From Gammaproteobacteria bacterium (GTDB lineage: Bacteria > Pseudomonadota > Gammaproteobacteria > JABABF01): DNA of 64,000 nucleotides. The position numbers and the translations under genes were made by a program. The stretch's first letter is position 1, and the number at the start of each line of letters is the position of its first letter. A model generated the notes under the pieces. It had not been told where the DNA came from. It did not search any database and was given only the letters and a program-made list of their open reading frames with translations. Of this stretch, positions 18,011 through 27,582 are shown piece by piece. Location: positions 1,120,001 through 1,184,000 of the forward strand of contig OZ250153.1 of NCBI GenBank assembly GCA_965237805.1. The letters run 5' to 3'.

Positions 18011-20329
18011 CTACGCAGGCCGATTGGCGCTTGCCCTTAGGCCATGCTCTGGCGTGGTGTTAGGCACCCCGAAATATAACTTATACACAAAGGCCAACAG
18101 CGCCAACACACCGACCCCAAAAATGGCATCTCCTGGCACCCGCAACCACACCAAAGACTCAATCAGATCACTGTGCATGAATTCGGCTGATCGCGCCGCA
18201 TGATAGCCAAAGGTGTAGCTTCGGTAAGTCTGCAATATTCCGATCGGAAAGAGCGACAGTAGCAACATTAACGCTAAGCCGATATTGAAAGACCAAAACG
18301 ATATTTTAAGCAATCGGTCATCCCAGCGAGCGTTATCAGTTAATCCTTTCAAACACAAGAGCATCAGCCCTATACCCAGCATTCCATACACCCCAAATAA
18401 TGCGGCATGTGCATGGGTGGCCGTGGTATTCAAACCCTGCATGTAGTAGAGCGCCAGCGGTGGATTAATGAAGAATCCAAGTATTCCGGCACCGACCAGA
18501 TTCCAAAATAATACAGCTCCTAAGAACATAAATGGCCAATGGTAGTTGTGATGCCAAGTCGCTTGCCGTTCAATCTTGGTGTTGTGATAGGCCTCAAATC
18601 CAATCACGGCAAGTGGGACGACTTCCAATGCCGAGAAAACCGCGCCTAAAGCTATCACCCCAATCGGGGTGCCACTGAAATATAAATGATGGAAGGTGCC
18701 CAACACTCCACCACACAAGAAAATAATGGATGCGAACAACACCATCATGACAGCAGTTGCGGAGCGCACCAAGCCCATCATGACCATAACATAGGCAACA
18801 ACCGTGGTCGCAAATACTTCAAAAACACCTTCAACCCATAAATGGACCACCCACCAACGCCAGTACTCCATAATCGAAATGTGGGTGTGTTCTCCCCACA
18901 TTAATCCAGACAGATACAGCAGGCCAATGGCGGCAGTAGAAATGGCCAATAACCATATGAGCGACTCACTGTCTGCTGTTTTTAGAGCAGGCCATAGCGA
19001 ACGCAGTACCAGCACCAACCATAAGATCAACCCAAGGGCTAAAAATATTTGCCAAAACCTTCCCAAATCGACATATTCATAGCCTTGATGCCCAAACCAG
19101 AAATTCATAGTCAAATCTTTGAAGTATTGATGAATGCCCAACCATTCTCCGGCAAAAGATCCGACAATAATAAGCAGCAGGCAAACAAACAAGAAATTGA
19201 CCCCAAAGCGCTGGAACTTTGGCTCGTGTCCAGAGATGATGGGAGCAAAATATAAACCTGCTGCTAACCAGGTGGTGGCGATCCATAAAACCGAGAGTTG
19301 TGTATGCCAGGTTCTGGATACGGCGTATGGCAGGATTTTTGCCAGAGGAATACCATAAAGGTGTTGCCCTTCAATCGTGTAATGAGCGGTCAGCACACCA
19401 AGCGCTACTTGCACAGCAATGAGTACAGTCACGGCCCAAAAATACTTGGCCGTTGCCCGCATTGACGGAGTCGGTGTCACTGCAGCAAATACATCCTTCT
19501 GCGGGGGGCCTCCTGCCGGGACTATATCATCTCGCCAGTTGTCGAATTGCATGGCATAAAACCAAACCAATACACCAATACCGAATAACAGGAATGCAAT
19601 ACTTAGAAAAGTCCATAGGAATAGACTGCTGGTAGGCTTGTTGTCTATTAAGGGCTCATGTGGCCAATTATTGGTGTACGTGATATTGTCATTTGGTCGA
19701 TCGGTAGAAGCGGCCCATGATGTCCAAAAGAAAAAAGCACTTAGATCATGAAGGTCGTCGTCTGGTAAATGGAGATCTGGGGAAAATGCGTATTGATTGC
19801 GTATCGTTCTGGAAAAGTCACTATCAAGTTTTTGAAAGACATTTTGATAGTATGCCTTAGTTTTTTTAATCGCTCGAAGCCGCTCACGGCTGACGAGGAT
19901 GGCCCCGGTGGCTTCTGAATATGTGTTATTTTTTATTTCCGCTTTATGCTCGGCTATGAGGATATCCTGCTCTATCTGGGATAGCGAATCAAAGCCTTTT
20001 GAGTGTTTTCTTCGAGCATAAATATCCAGCAATGTGGTGACCTCTCTATGCAACCAATCAGCACTCCAATCAGGTGCCAGATAGCTCCCATGTCCCCAGA
20101 TAGAGCCGCGTTGCATGCCACCTAAGGATTGCCAAATATTTTGCCCGCGTTCAATGTCTTCCTGCAAATAGATCACATTGCCATTGTGCGACATCACGGA
20201 TTTTGGGATAGGGGGTTTTTCCTGATAGATCTTGCCGCCAAAAAACAACAGAGTAGAAAACATCACCGCCATTGAAACGGCGAAAATCCACCAAAGTCGA
20301 TTAATATTAAACAGCGCAGAATAATGCAT
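18011..20329 (-). CDS. norZ: quinol-dependent nitric oxide reductase (qNor)
   Basis: GSIWGHGSYLAPDWSADWLHRE, RTWHTQ, WWVVHLWVEGVFE, GTFHHLY, SALEVVPL, HAHAALFG; low GC. Confidence 0.96.
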   Translation of the reverse strand: MHYSALFNINRLWWIFAVSMAVMFSTLLFFGGKIYQEKPPIPKSVMSHNGNVIYLQEDIERGQNIWQSLGGMQRGSIWGHGSYLAPDWSADWLHREVTTLLDIYARRKHSKGFDSLSQIEQDILIAEHKAEIKNNTYSEATGAILVSRERLRAIKKTKAYYQNVFQKLDSDFSRTIRNQYAFSPDLHLPDDDLHDLSAFFFWTSWAASTDRPNDNITYTNNWPHEPLIDNKPTSSLFLWTFLSIAFLLFGIGVLVWFYAMQFDNWRDDIVPAGGPPQKDVFAAVTPTPSMRATAKYFWAVTVLIAVQVALGVLTAHYTIEGQHLYGIPLAKILPYAVSRTWHTQLSVLWIATTWLAAGLYFAPIISGHEPKFQRFGVNFLFVCLLLIIVGSFAGEWLGIHQYFKDLTMNFWFGHQGYEYVDLGRFWQIFLALGLILWLVLVLRSLWPALKTADSESLIWLLAISTAAIGLLYLSGLMWGEHTHISIMEYWRWWVVHLWVEGVFEVFATTVVAYVMVMMGLVRSATAVMMVLFASIIFLCGGVLGTFHHLYFSGTPIGVIALGAVFSALEVVPLAVIGFEAYHNTKIERQATWHHNYHWPFMFLGAVLFWNLVGAGILGFFINPPLALYYMQGLNTTATHAHAALFGVYGMLGIGLMLLCLKGLTDNARWDDRLLKISFWSFNIGLALMLLLSLFPIGILQTYRSYTFGYHAARSAEFMHSDLIESLVWLRVPGDAIFGVGVLALLAFVYKLYFGVPNTTPEHGLRASANRPA

Positions 20330-20479
20330 ACTTGATTTCTAATGTGGTGCCATCAATCGCTAAGGATGGAGCAGTATTTGCTGCAACATTTATGAGAGCT
20401 GTACCGCTGCCATCTTTCGGTCGCTTTGTGGCTGCTATCTTATCAGACTGATGGTGTGGCTGCACGTGTTGGACATCCC

Positions 20480-21736
20480 CTAGCTCCCCCGCAACACCCC
20501 CCTCCTAAGCGGCCAAGCCAGCCCCAACGGCACCAGCCCCAGCAGCATCACCACCCCCACCCCAGCCCCCAGATCTACCGCCAGCCCGAAGACCAGCGGT
20601 GCCGCCGCCGTCGCGAACATCAGTGCGGAGGACACCATCGCGTTGATCGCGCCGAGGTGGCGGGTGCCGTAGAGCCCGGCCCAAGCGGCAGCGCTGACTG
20701 GCATCATCATGCCCCCCGTCAGTCCCATCAGCCCCAGCAGCAGATGTGCCCCGACGATGTGGTCGACGAAGGGGAATAGCGCCAAGCCCATGGCTATGGG
20801 TAGCAGCGCCCAGCCGAGCCAGCGGATCGGGCCGATGCGATCCACCGCGATGCCGGCCAGCGGTGCCACCGCCGCCCCCAGCAGCGCACAGCTGATGAAA
20901 GCCAAGGCCCACTCCTCCAGCGCCCAGCCCTTCTGCTCCACCAGCCACACTTGGTTGAACAATACTCCGGTGAAGATAAAAGGCACCGCCAGCACCGACA
21001 CCAACAGGGCGTGGAAGCGCCAGTCGCGCAACACCTCGCCGCGTCGCCATTGGCGCTGGCTGTCGCCGTCGGTCACATCGCCCTCGCCCGCTGCCATGCG
21101 CTGTAGATGGGCGGCGTGCAGCGAGCGGTAGCCGCCCTCGCCTTCGGCTCCCAGCAACAGATGCGCCAGTAGCCACCACAGCGCGATCATGCCGGCGACG
21201 CCGAGCCAGACCGAGCGCCAGTCCAGCCCCCAAGACTGCATGGCGAAGACAGCGATCAGCGGCAATAGCATTTGCCCCAAGGGTCTGCCCAGCCCGCCAA
21301 AACCGGCCGCCCGTCCACGCTGCGCCCCGAAATAGCGGCCGGTGGTGGTCCGCACCAGATTGTCCATCAGCCCGCGGGCGCATAGCCGCACGCCGCAATA
21401 GGCTGGCAGCAGTAGCCACACCACCGGCATCCATGCCATCAGCAGGCAGGAGGTGGCCAGCCCGACGAAGCAGAGGGCGCTGAACTGCGTCAGTCGCAGT
21501 CGGTCGATCAGTGCGCCCACCCAAGGCAGCGCGGCACCGCTGAGCAGGGTGGCGGCGGCGAATAGCCCGCCCAGCTGGCTGGCGCTGAGGCTGAACTCCC
21601 GCTGCAGATGGCCGTTGAACAGCGAGAGATAGGAGGTCAGGCCGATGCAGGAGCAGAAGTTGACCAGCAGGCAGAAGCCGAGCAGCTGCCGGTGCTTGCG
21701 CAGGAAGTGTCGGTAGGATGCGCTTGGGGTGTCCAT
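20480..21736 (-). CDS. MFS transporter (MFS-2, intact)
   Basis: about 12 hydrophobic segments, GALIDRL and GIAVDRIG motif A loops; paralogue of 24861-26126. Confidence 0.9.
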   Translation of the reverse strand: MDTPSASYRHFLRKHRQLLGFCLLVNFCSCIGLTSYLSLFNGHLQREFSLSASQLGGLFAAATLLSGAALPWVGALIDRLRLTQFSALCFVGLATSCLLMAWMPVVWLLLPAYCGVRLCARGLMDNLVRTTTGRYFGAQRGRAAGFGGLGRPLGQMLLPLIAVFAMQSWGLDWRSVWLGVAGMIALWWLLAHLLLGAEGEGGYRSLHAAHLQRMAAGEGDVTDGDSQRQWRRGEVLRDWRFHALLVSVLAVPFIFTGVLFNQVWLVEQKGWALEEWALAFISCALLGAAVAPLAGIAVDRIGPIRWLGWALLPIAMGLALFPFVDHIVGAHLLLGLMGLTGGMMMPVSAAAWAGLYGTRHLGAINAMVSSALMFATAAAPLVFGLAVDLGAGVGVVMLLGLVPLGLAWPLRRGVLRGS

Positions 21737-21993
21737 CGGCTGGCCTAGTGGGCCGCTCCACCCGCAGGCGAGTGCGCGCCGATGCTTAGGCCACCCCGCT
21801 GCGCAGCACCGCCCGCCGCAGCGGCCAAGCCACCAGTAGCAGGGCGAGGCTGATCAGCACGATGGCTCGCAGCCCGCCGCCGCGGTCCACCAGCAGCCCG
21901 AAGATCAGCGGTGCCGCCGCCGTCGACAACACCAGCGCGGCCGAGACCATGGCGCGGATGGCACCGATGTGCCGGGCGCCGTACAGCGCCACC
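21509..21993. repeat. 485 bp direct repeat, copy 1 (MFS-2 5' end plus MFS-1 3' end)
   Basis: matches 24584-25068 with one mismatch seen; offset 3075 bp. Confidence 0.95.
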
Positions 21994-22232
21994 AATGAAA
22001 GGCATAATCGACGCCGCTCCTGCGGCGATTATAGCCCCTCAAGCGCCGGGATCGCAACAATCGACGCATCTTGTGCGGCGAATGGGCGGGTTATTCGCCG
22101 CAAATGGGGGTTGCGGCGGGGTTTCGGCAGTGGGGTGGGATCTTGCCTTGGCAGCGCTAGAGCCCCCATGCCTGCGCCCAATCCTCGCCAGCCTTATCAA
22201 CAAGCTGATGCCGAGCTGTCGGAGCGCGTGGC

Positions 22233-22706
22233 ATGAGCCGCAAAGCGCAGAAACGGGTCGCCGCCGACGCTGACAGCGCATTGCAGCTGGTCAAGGGCTG
22301 CGGCGGCGCCTTGGTGCGCGAGCAGGTGATCGCCAGCGCGTCGCGGGAGTTCCTGTGCTTGGTGGACGAGGGCAAGGTGGTGGAGCGGCTCGGTGGGTCT
22401 CCGCTGCCGGTGGAGGTGCTGCCGATGGCGCGGGCGGGGGTGGAGCGCTCGCTGCGGGGGCGTGGGGGGGAGCCGGTGTTGCGGGCTGGTTATACGACCG
22501 ATAACGGGAATCAGATACTGGATGTTAGGGGCTTGGATTTTGGTGAGCCGGAGGTGTTGGAGGGGGAGTTGAACCAGCTGCCTGGGGTGGTTGGGAATGG
22601 GGTGTTTGCGCGGAGGGGGGCGGACTGTTTGTTGGTGGCGGGAGAGGGGGGAGTGTGGGAGATGAGGAGGAAAATGCGTTTGGATGAGATAAAAAGTCTA
22701 AATTAA
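22233..22706 (+). pseudogene. second rpiA copy with internal N-terminal deletion
   Basis: C-terminal two thirds close to rpiA; GSGST and DGADE lost, KGGG changed to KGCG; upstream 21995-22120 resembles 14625-14750. Confidence 0.9.
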
Positions 22707-24350
22707 TGGTACCGATATGCGTCCGAAAATCTTACGGAGATAGTCGTCTTGTCCCAGTATCCCATTAATTTTTCCATCGGGATTTCCCCGGTAGGCAAAA
22801 TTTATTCTTACGGCATGCAAAAATAATGCCTTCTTTTTATTATCACCATCATCATTAAGTGGATAAAGTTTCGCCAAATCTTCAGGGAGAGATTGCCAGT
22901 CATAATCATCTGTCAGAGTGGGTGGGTTCTTTATAGGCGAGGAGTCATCGTACCAAACCTTTTCTAGGGCATAGTCATGAGGATTAAAATTAGGACTTTT
23001 ATTGCATCTATCTAATACGCCTCCAATTTCCCAAGAAAGCCCGGAGCGGGCTAGTAATGTGGCCAGATGGTCTTGTGATTCCCTGTCCATCATCTTGTGC
23101 TTTATATTTGGAAGGTTGATATAATACCCACTTACAGAACTCAAATAATTTAAATTAAATTCCGACTCAGACAAATCCGCGCCGTGCAATTCTGCACGAG
23201 TCAAATCCGCGCCGTGCAATTCTGCCATAACAAACTTCGCGCCGTGCAATTTTGCGCCAGTCAAATCCGCGCCGTGCAATTTCGCCCCAGACAAACTCGC
23301 GCCGTGCAATTCTGCGTTAGTAAAATCCGCGCCGTGCAGTTCAGCCTTATATAAATCCGCGCCGTGCAATTCCGCTCTAGTAAAATCCGCGCCGTGCAAT
23401 TTCGCCCAACTCAAATCCGCGCCGTGCAATTTCGCCGAAATTAAACTCGCGCCGTGCAATTTCGCCCACCTCAAATCCGCATTTTCTAATTGGGCATGCC
23501 ACAAGCTAACTTGGTCAACCCATTGTATTTCAGTGCCAAATTCTATATTTCTGAAATCTGCATGGTTAAAATTGATATCAGATCCACCCACTTTGCCTTT
23601 GCCGGTTTCTTGAGATAATTCATCCAGATTCTTTAGTGCTGAAAAAGCTGTTTTGACATCCTCGCGCAGGCGGTATCTATTTAATTCATTTGAATTCTTG
23701 CCAGCGCTTTCTTGGGCGTTGTTGCGGATATAAGCCACTAAGGTTTTCATCACTGTGGAGTTATATTTCTCTAGGTTAGATTTTGCCAGTGATTCTAGGG
23801 CATAGATGCCGCCGATGCGAGCTTCTAATGCGTGTTCGTTGTCGCCACGCACCTGTGCGAGCAGCTCTACGCCTTTAGAAAATTGCTCGCTGGCGTATCG
23901 CGCCCTGTCCAGTTCGGATTGATTTTGGGCATTCTTAGCATTTTCTAGCGCTGCCTGCGCTGTTGCATTTGCTGCGGTGGCTTGTTCAGTTGCTGCGCGC
24001 GCTTGTTGCTCTAAGGCTCTATTGCGCCATCCAGCCATCACTAACCCTGTTAATGCGGCCATTGCAATCAGTGCATCACGGGCAAAGCGCGCCCGTATAG
24101 ACAAACCATCGCTAGCTTTATAACCAATACGCGATCCTAATGTCTCCCCGCAGTATAAGATTAGTCCGAGAATACAGAGGACACCAACGACGACAACGAC
24201 GACAACGACCCACTTTGACCATCGTTCTAACCAGCGCTTTAAGGTTAGTACGAGAATACAGACACCACCAACGACGACAACGACCCACTTTGGACATCGT
24301 TCTAACCAGCGCTTTATTGTTGGCCAAGCCGTCTCCTTTTCGGTCATCAT
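22698..24350 (-). CDS. membrane-anchored pentapeptide repeat protein
   Basis: N-terminal TM helices, ARIGGIYALE motif, A(K/E)LHGADL repeats; AT-rich; TATAAT upstream. Confidence 0.9.
   Translation of the reverse strand: MMTEKETAWPTIKRWLERCPKWVVVVVGGVCILVLTLKRWLERWSKWVVVVVVVVGVLCILGLILYCGETLGSRIGYKASDGLSIRARFARDALIAMAALTGLVMAGWRNRALEQQARAATEQATAANATAQAALENAKNAQNQSELDRARYASEQFSKGVELLAQVRGDNEHALEARIGGIYALESLAKSNLEKYNSTVMKTLVAYIRNNAQESAGKNSNELNRYRLREDVKTAFSALKNLDELSQETGKGKVGGSDINFNHADFRNIEFGTEIQWVDQVSLWHAQLENADLRWAKLHGASLISAKLHGADLSWAKLHGADFTRAELHGADLYKAELHGADFTNAELHGASLSGAKLHGADLTGAKLHGAKFVMAELHGADLTRAELHGADLSESEFNLNYLSSVSGYYINLPNIKHKMMDRESQDHLATLLARSGLSWEIGGVLDRCNKSPNFNPHDYALEKVWYDDSSPIKNPPTLTDDYDWQSLPEDLAKLYPLNDDGDNKKKALFLHAVRINFAYRGNPDGKINGILGQDDYLRKIFGRISVPLI
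23171..23500 (-). repeat. 30 bp tandem repeat, 10 full plus 1 degenerate (coding pentapeptide pairs)
   Basis: CGCGCCGTGCA core every 30 bp. Confidence 0.95.
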
Positions 24351-24450
24351 TGAGCATCGCCTGAAACATCCTTGCAATTATAGAGGATCGCCCCATAATT
24401 GAAAGGCTGTTGCTTGAGGCGCTGCTTTGTGAGAGGCTCCTGCCGTCGCG

Positions 24451-24811
24451 CTAGGCCGCCGTCCTTCGCCCTCCCCTCAACACCCCCTCCGAAGTGGCCA
24501 AGCCAGCCTCAGCAGCATCACCACCCCAATCCCAGCTCCACTGCCAGCCCGAAGACCAGCGGCGCCGTCGCCGTTGCGAACAGCAGTGCGCCCACCCAAG
24601 GCAGCGCGGCACCGCTGAGCAGGGTGGCGGCGGCGAATAGCCCGCCCAGCTGGCTGGCGCTGAGGCTGAACTCCCGCTGCAGATGGCCGTTGAACAGCGA
24701 GAGATAGGAGGTCAGGCCGATGCAGGAGCAGAAGTTGACCAGCAGGCAGAAGCCGAGCAGCTGCCGGTGCTTGCGCAGGAAGTGTCGGTAGGATGCGCTT
24801 GGGGTGTCCAT
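24451..24811 (-). pseudogene. internally deleted MFS-2 copy
   Basis: first 76 codons identical to MFS-2, joined to a decayed 3' end at CAGTGCG. Confidence 0.9.
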
Positions 24812-25068
24812 CGGCTGGCCTAGTGGGCCGCTCCACCCGCAGGCGAGTGCGCGCCGATGCTTAGGCCACCCCGCTGCGCAGCACCGCCCGCCGCAGCGGC
24901 CAAGCCACCAGTAGCAGGGCGAGGCTGATCAGCACGATGGCCCGCAGCCCGCCGCCGCGGTCCACCAGCAGCCCGAAGATCAGCGGTGCCGCCGCCGTCG
25001 ACAACACCAGCGCGGCCGAGACCATGGCGCGGATGGCACCGATGTGCCGGGCGCCGTACAGCGCCACC
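24584..25068. repeat. 485 bp direct repeat, copy 2
   Basis: matches 21509-21993. Confidence 0.95.
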
Positions 25069-26126
25069 CACGCTGGCGTGTTGGCCGGCATCGCCATGCC
25101 CACCGACAGGCCCAGTGAGCCCAGCAGTAGGTGTACCCCCCAGAGGCTATCTATATAAGGGAGCAACGCCAAGCCCACCGCCATCGGCAGCAGCGCCCAG
25201 CCGAGCCAGCGGATCGGGCCGATGCGGTCCACCGCGATGCCGGCCAGCGGTGCCGCCGTTGCCGCCAGCACCGAATAGCTGATGAAGCCCAGTGCCCACG
25301 AGCTCAGCGTCCAGCCTTTCTGCTCGGCCAGCCACACCTGATTGAACAGTACGCCGGTGACGATGAAGGGTGCCGCCAGCATCGATAGCATCAGGGCGTA
25401 GAAGCGCCAGTCGCGCAGGGCCTCGCCGCGGCTCCAATCGCGCTGGGCGGTACCGCCGCTCACCTCGCCATCGCCCGCTGCCAAGCTGCTCAGATAGCTA
25501 CTGTGCAGCGTGCAGTAGTTGTTCTCGCCGCCGCCGTGCAGGAAGAAATGCCCCTTCAGGCACCACAGGCCGAGCAGCACGGCGGCGATCAGCCAAGTCG
25601 TTTGCCAGTCCATCCCCCAATGCTGCATGGCAAAGACTGCGCTGACCGGCAGCACCATCTGCCCCAAGAACACGCCGAGCGGGCTGAGGCCAGCCGCCCG
25701 CCCGCGGAACCCCCCGAAATAGCGGCCGATGGCGGTCTGCGCGAGGTGTCCCATCAGCCCTTGGCCGAACAGTCGCAGGCCGAACAGTGCCACCGGCAGC
25801 AGCCACAGCGCTGGCAGCCAAGACATCAGCAGGCAAGAGGCGGCGAGACCGGCGAAGACGAGGCTGGTGTAGAGCGGTAGCCGTATCCGGTCGATCAGTG
25901 CGCCGACCCACGACAGGGCGATACCGCTGAGCAACGTGGCGGCGGCGTAGATCGCGCCGAGCTGGCTGGCGCTGAGATCGAATTCCTCCTGCAGATGGCC
26001 GTTGAACAGCGCGACATAGAAGGTCTGGCCGAAGCTGGAGCAGAAGGTGGCCAGCAGACAGAAGCCGAGCAGCCGCCAATAGCCGCGCAGGAAGTCGCGA
26101 TAGGAAGAGGGGGCGAGGATGTCCAT
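24861..26126 (-). CDS. MFS transporter (MFS-1, intact)
   Basis: SSFGQTF, GALIDRI, FGQGLMGH, YGARHIGAIR. Confidence 0.92.
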   Translation of the reverse strand: MDILAPSSYRDFLRGYWRLLGFCLLATFCSSFGQTFYVALFNGHLQEEFDLSASQLGAIYAAATLLSGIALSWVGALIDRIRLPLYTSLVFAGLAASCLLMSWLPALWLLPVALFGLRLFGQGLMGHLAQTAIGRYFGGFRGRAAGLSPLGVFLGQMVLPVSAVFAMQHWGMDWQTTWLIAAVLLGLWCLKGHFFLHGGGENNYCTLHSSYLSSLAAGDGEVSGGTAQRDWSRGEALRDWRFYALMLSMLAAPFIVTGVLFNQVWLAEQKGWTLSSWALGFISYSVLAATAAPLAGIAVDRIGPIRWLGWALLPMAVGLALLPYIDSLWGVHLLLGSLGLSVGMAMPANTPAWVALYGARHIGAIRAMVSAALVLSTAAAPLIFGLLVDRGGGLRAIVLISLALLLVAWPLRRAVLRSGVA

Positions 26127-26133
26127 CTGCTGC

Positions 26134-27549
26134 CTAGCCGTCTGCCGCGTCGTCCGGCGGTAGCAGCTTGCCGGGGTTGAGGATGCCGTGGGGGTCGAAT
26201 AGGCGCTTCAAGCCGCGCAGCGCGTCCAGTTCAGCCGACGAGCGCGAGCGCGCCAGCCAGCCCCGCCGCAGCAGGCCGATGCCGTGCTCGGCCGAGGCGC
26301 TGCCACCGAGCGCCACCAGCAGCTCAAATAGCGCAGCCTCGAAGTCGCGGCAGCGCTGCCCGAAAGCCGCCGCCGCCCCCGTGCCGCCATCTGGTAGCAC
26401 ATTGAGATGCAGATTGCCGTCGGCGGCGTGGCCAAACCACAGCCACTCATCAGTGGGGAAGTGCGCCCGCAGCAGCTCCTCGCAGCGCGTCAGCAGTTCG
26501 GCTTGGTGCGTCGGGCGCACCGACAGATCCCACTTGTGCGGGGACAGCGGGGCCAGCGCCGGGCTGAGCCCCTCCCGCAGCTGCCACAGTGCCCGCCGCT
26601 GGCGCTCGCCACCGGCGGCGAGCACAGCGCGCGCCCAAGGCGCATCGCATAGTCGCTGCCACGCCGCCGCCGCATTGTCACCCGCTTCGTATTCCACCAG
26701 CAGGTAGCCGGGGGCCGGTGGCAGCACCGGCCCGGTAGCGACGGCGGCCCGCGCACGGGTCATCGCGGCGGCGTCGAGAAACTCGCAGGCCAGCAGCTGG
26801 AGCTGCCCCTGCAAGTCGCGCAGCGCCGCGCCCAGCATCGCGGTCTGCTCCAGTGCCACCAAGGCGGTGTCGGTGGGCGGCGGTGGTGCTGCCAAGCGCA
26901 GTTGGGCCTCGGCGACGATGCCCAGTGTGCCCTCGGTGCCGATGAACAGCTGGCGCAGCTCGGCACCGCTGTTGTCCTTGAGCAGGGCGCGATCTAAGTC
27001 GAGCCGCTCGCCGGTGCCGGTGACGACGCACAGCCCGGCGACTTGGGCGCGGGTCATGCCGTGGCGCAGCACGCGCATGCCGCCAGCGTTGGTGGCGATG
27101 TTGCCGCCGATGTGGCTGGTGGCGGCGGCGGCCAAGTCGACCGGATATTGCAGGCCGCGCTCGGCGGCGTATTGCTGCAGGCTGCGGGTGCACACGCCAG
27201 CCTCACAGCGCACGATGCGGTCGGTGGCATCGAAGTCGAGGATGCGGTTCATGCGCTCCAGCGACAGCACCACCTCACCGTGGGCGGCGACGGCTCCGCC
27301 GCTGAGCCCGGTGCGCCCGCCGGAGGGCACCAGTGGCGTGCCACTGTGCGTCGCCCATCGCACCAGCGTTTGGATCTCATCGACCGACTGCGGGAAGGCC
27401 ACGGCAGCCGGTGCTGTCTCGGCGGCCCGGCTCCAGTCGCAGCCGTAGCGATGTAGCGCTGCGGGCTCCTCGGTGGCACGACCGGCACCGATCAGCGCCT
27501 CGATGTCGCGGGCGGTGCTACGGCTGTGTAGCGGCTGTGCAGCGGGCAT
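26134..27549 (-). CDS. FAD-binding oxidoreductase (D-2-hydroxyacid dehydrogenase, GlcD-like)
   Basis: PSGGRTGLSGG, IGGNIATNAGG, IGTEGTLG, FGHAADGNLH, SAEHGIG, DPHGILNPGK. Confidence 0.9.
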   Translation of the reverse strand: MPAAQPLHSRSTARDIEALIGAGRATEEPAALHRYGCDWSRAAETAPAAVAFPQSVDEIQTLVRWATHSGTPLVPSGGRTGLSGGAVAAHGEVVLSLERMNRILDFDATDRIVRCEAGVCTRSLQQYAAERGLQYPVDLAAAATSHIGGNIATNAGGMRVLRHGMTRAQVAGLCVVTGTGERLDLDRALLKDNSGAELRQLFIGTEGTLGIVAEAQLRLAAPPPPTDTALVALEQTAMLGAALRDLQGQLQLLACEFLDAAAMTRARAAVATGPVLPPAPGYLLVEYEAGDNAAAAWQRLCDAPWARAVLAAGGERQRRALWQLREGLSPALAPLSPHKWDLSVRPTHQAELLTRCEELLRAHFPTDEWLWFGHAADGNLHLNVLPDGGTGAAAAFGQRCRDFEAALFELLVALGGSASAEHGIGLLRRGWLARSRSSAELDALRGLKRLFDPHGILNPGKLLPPDDAADG

Positions 27550-27582
27550 GGTGTGGCCAGTGCACCCGCCGCCTCAGCACAC

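Noticed and set aside
18011-20329. NO dismutase (Nod) instead of qNor
   Set aside because: Quinol-site His, HLWVE..E and GTFHH are canonical for qNor.
20330-20370. FNR/DNR box upstream of qNor
   Set aside because: TTGAT and ATCAA half sites are 15 bp apart, not 4.
23171-23500. CRISPR-like constant/variable 30 bp periodicity
   Set aside because: Variable part is only about 11 bp, period is exactly 10 codons inside an open pentapeptide ORF, no cas genes.
14625-26126. Prophage, IS or integron as cause of the duplications
   Set aside because: No integrase, transposase, terminal inverted repeats or complete attC sites seen; an enzyme acting in trans cannot be excluded.
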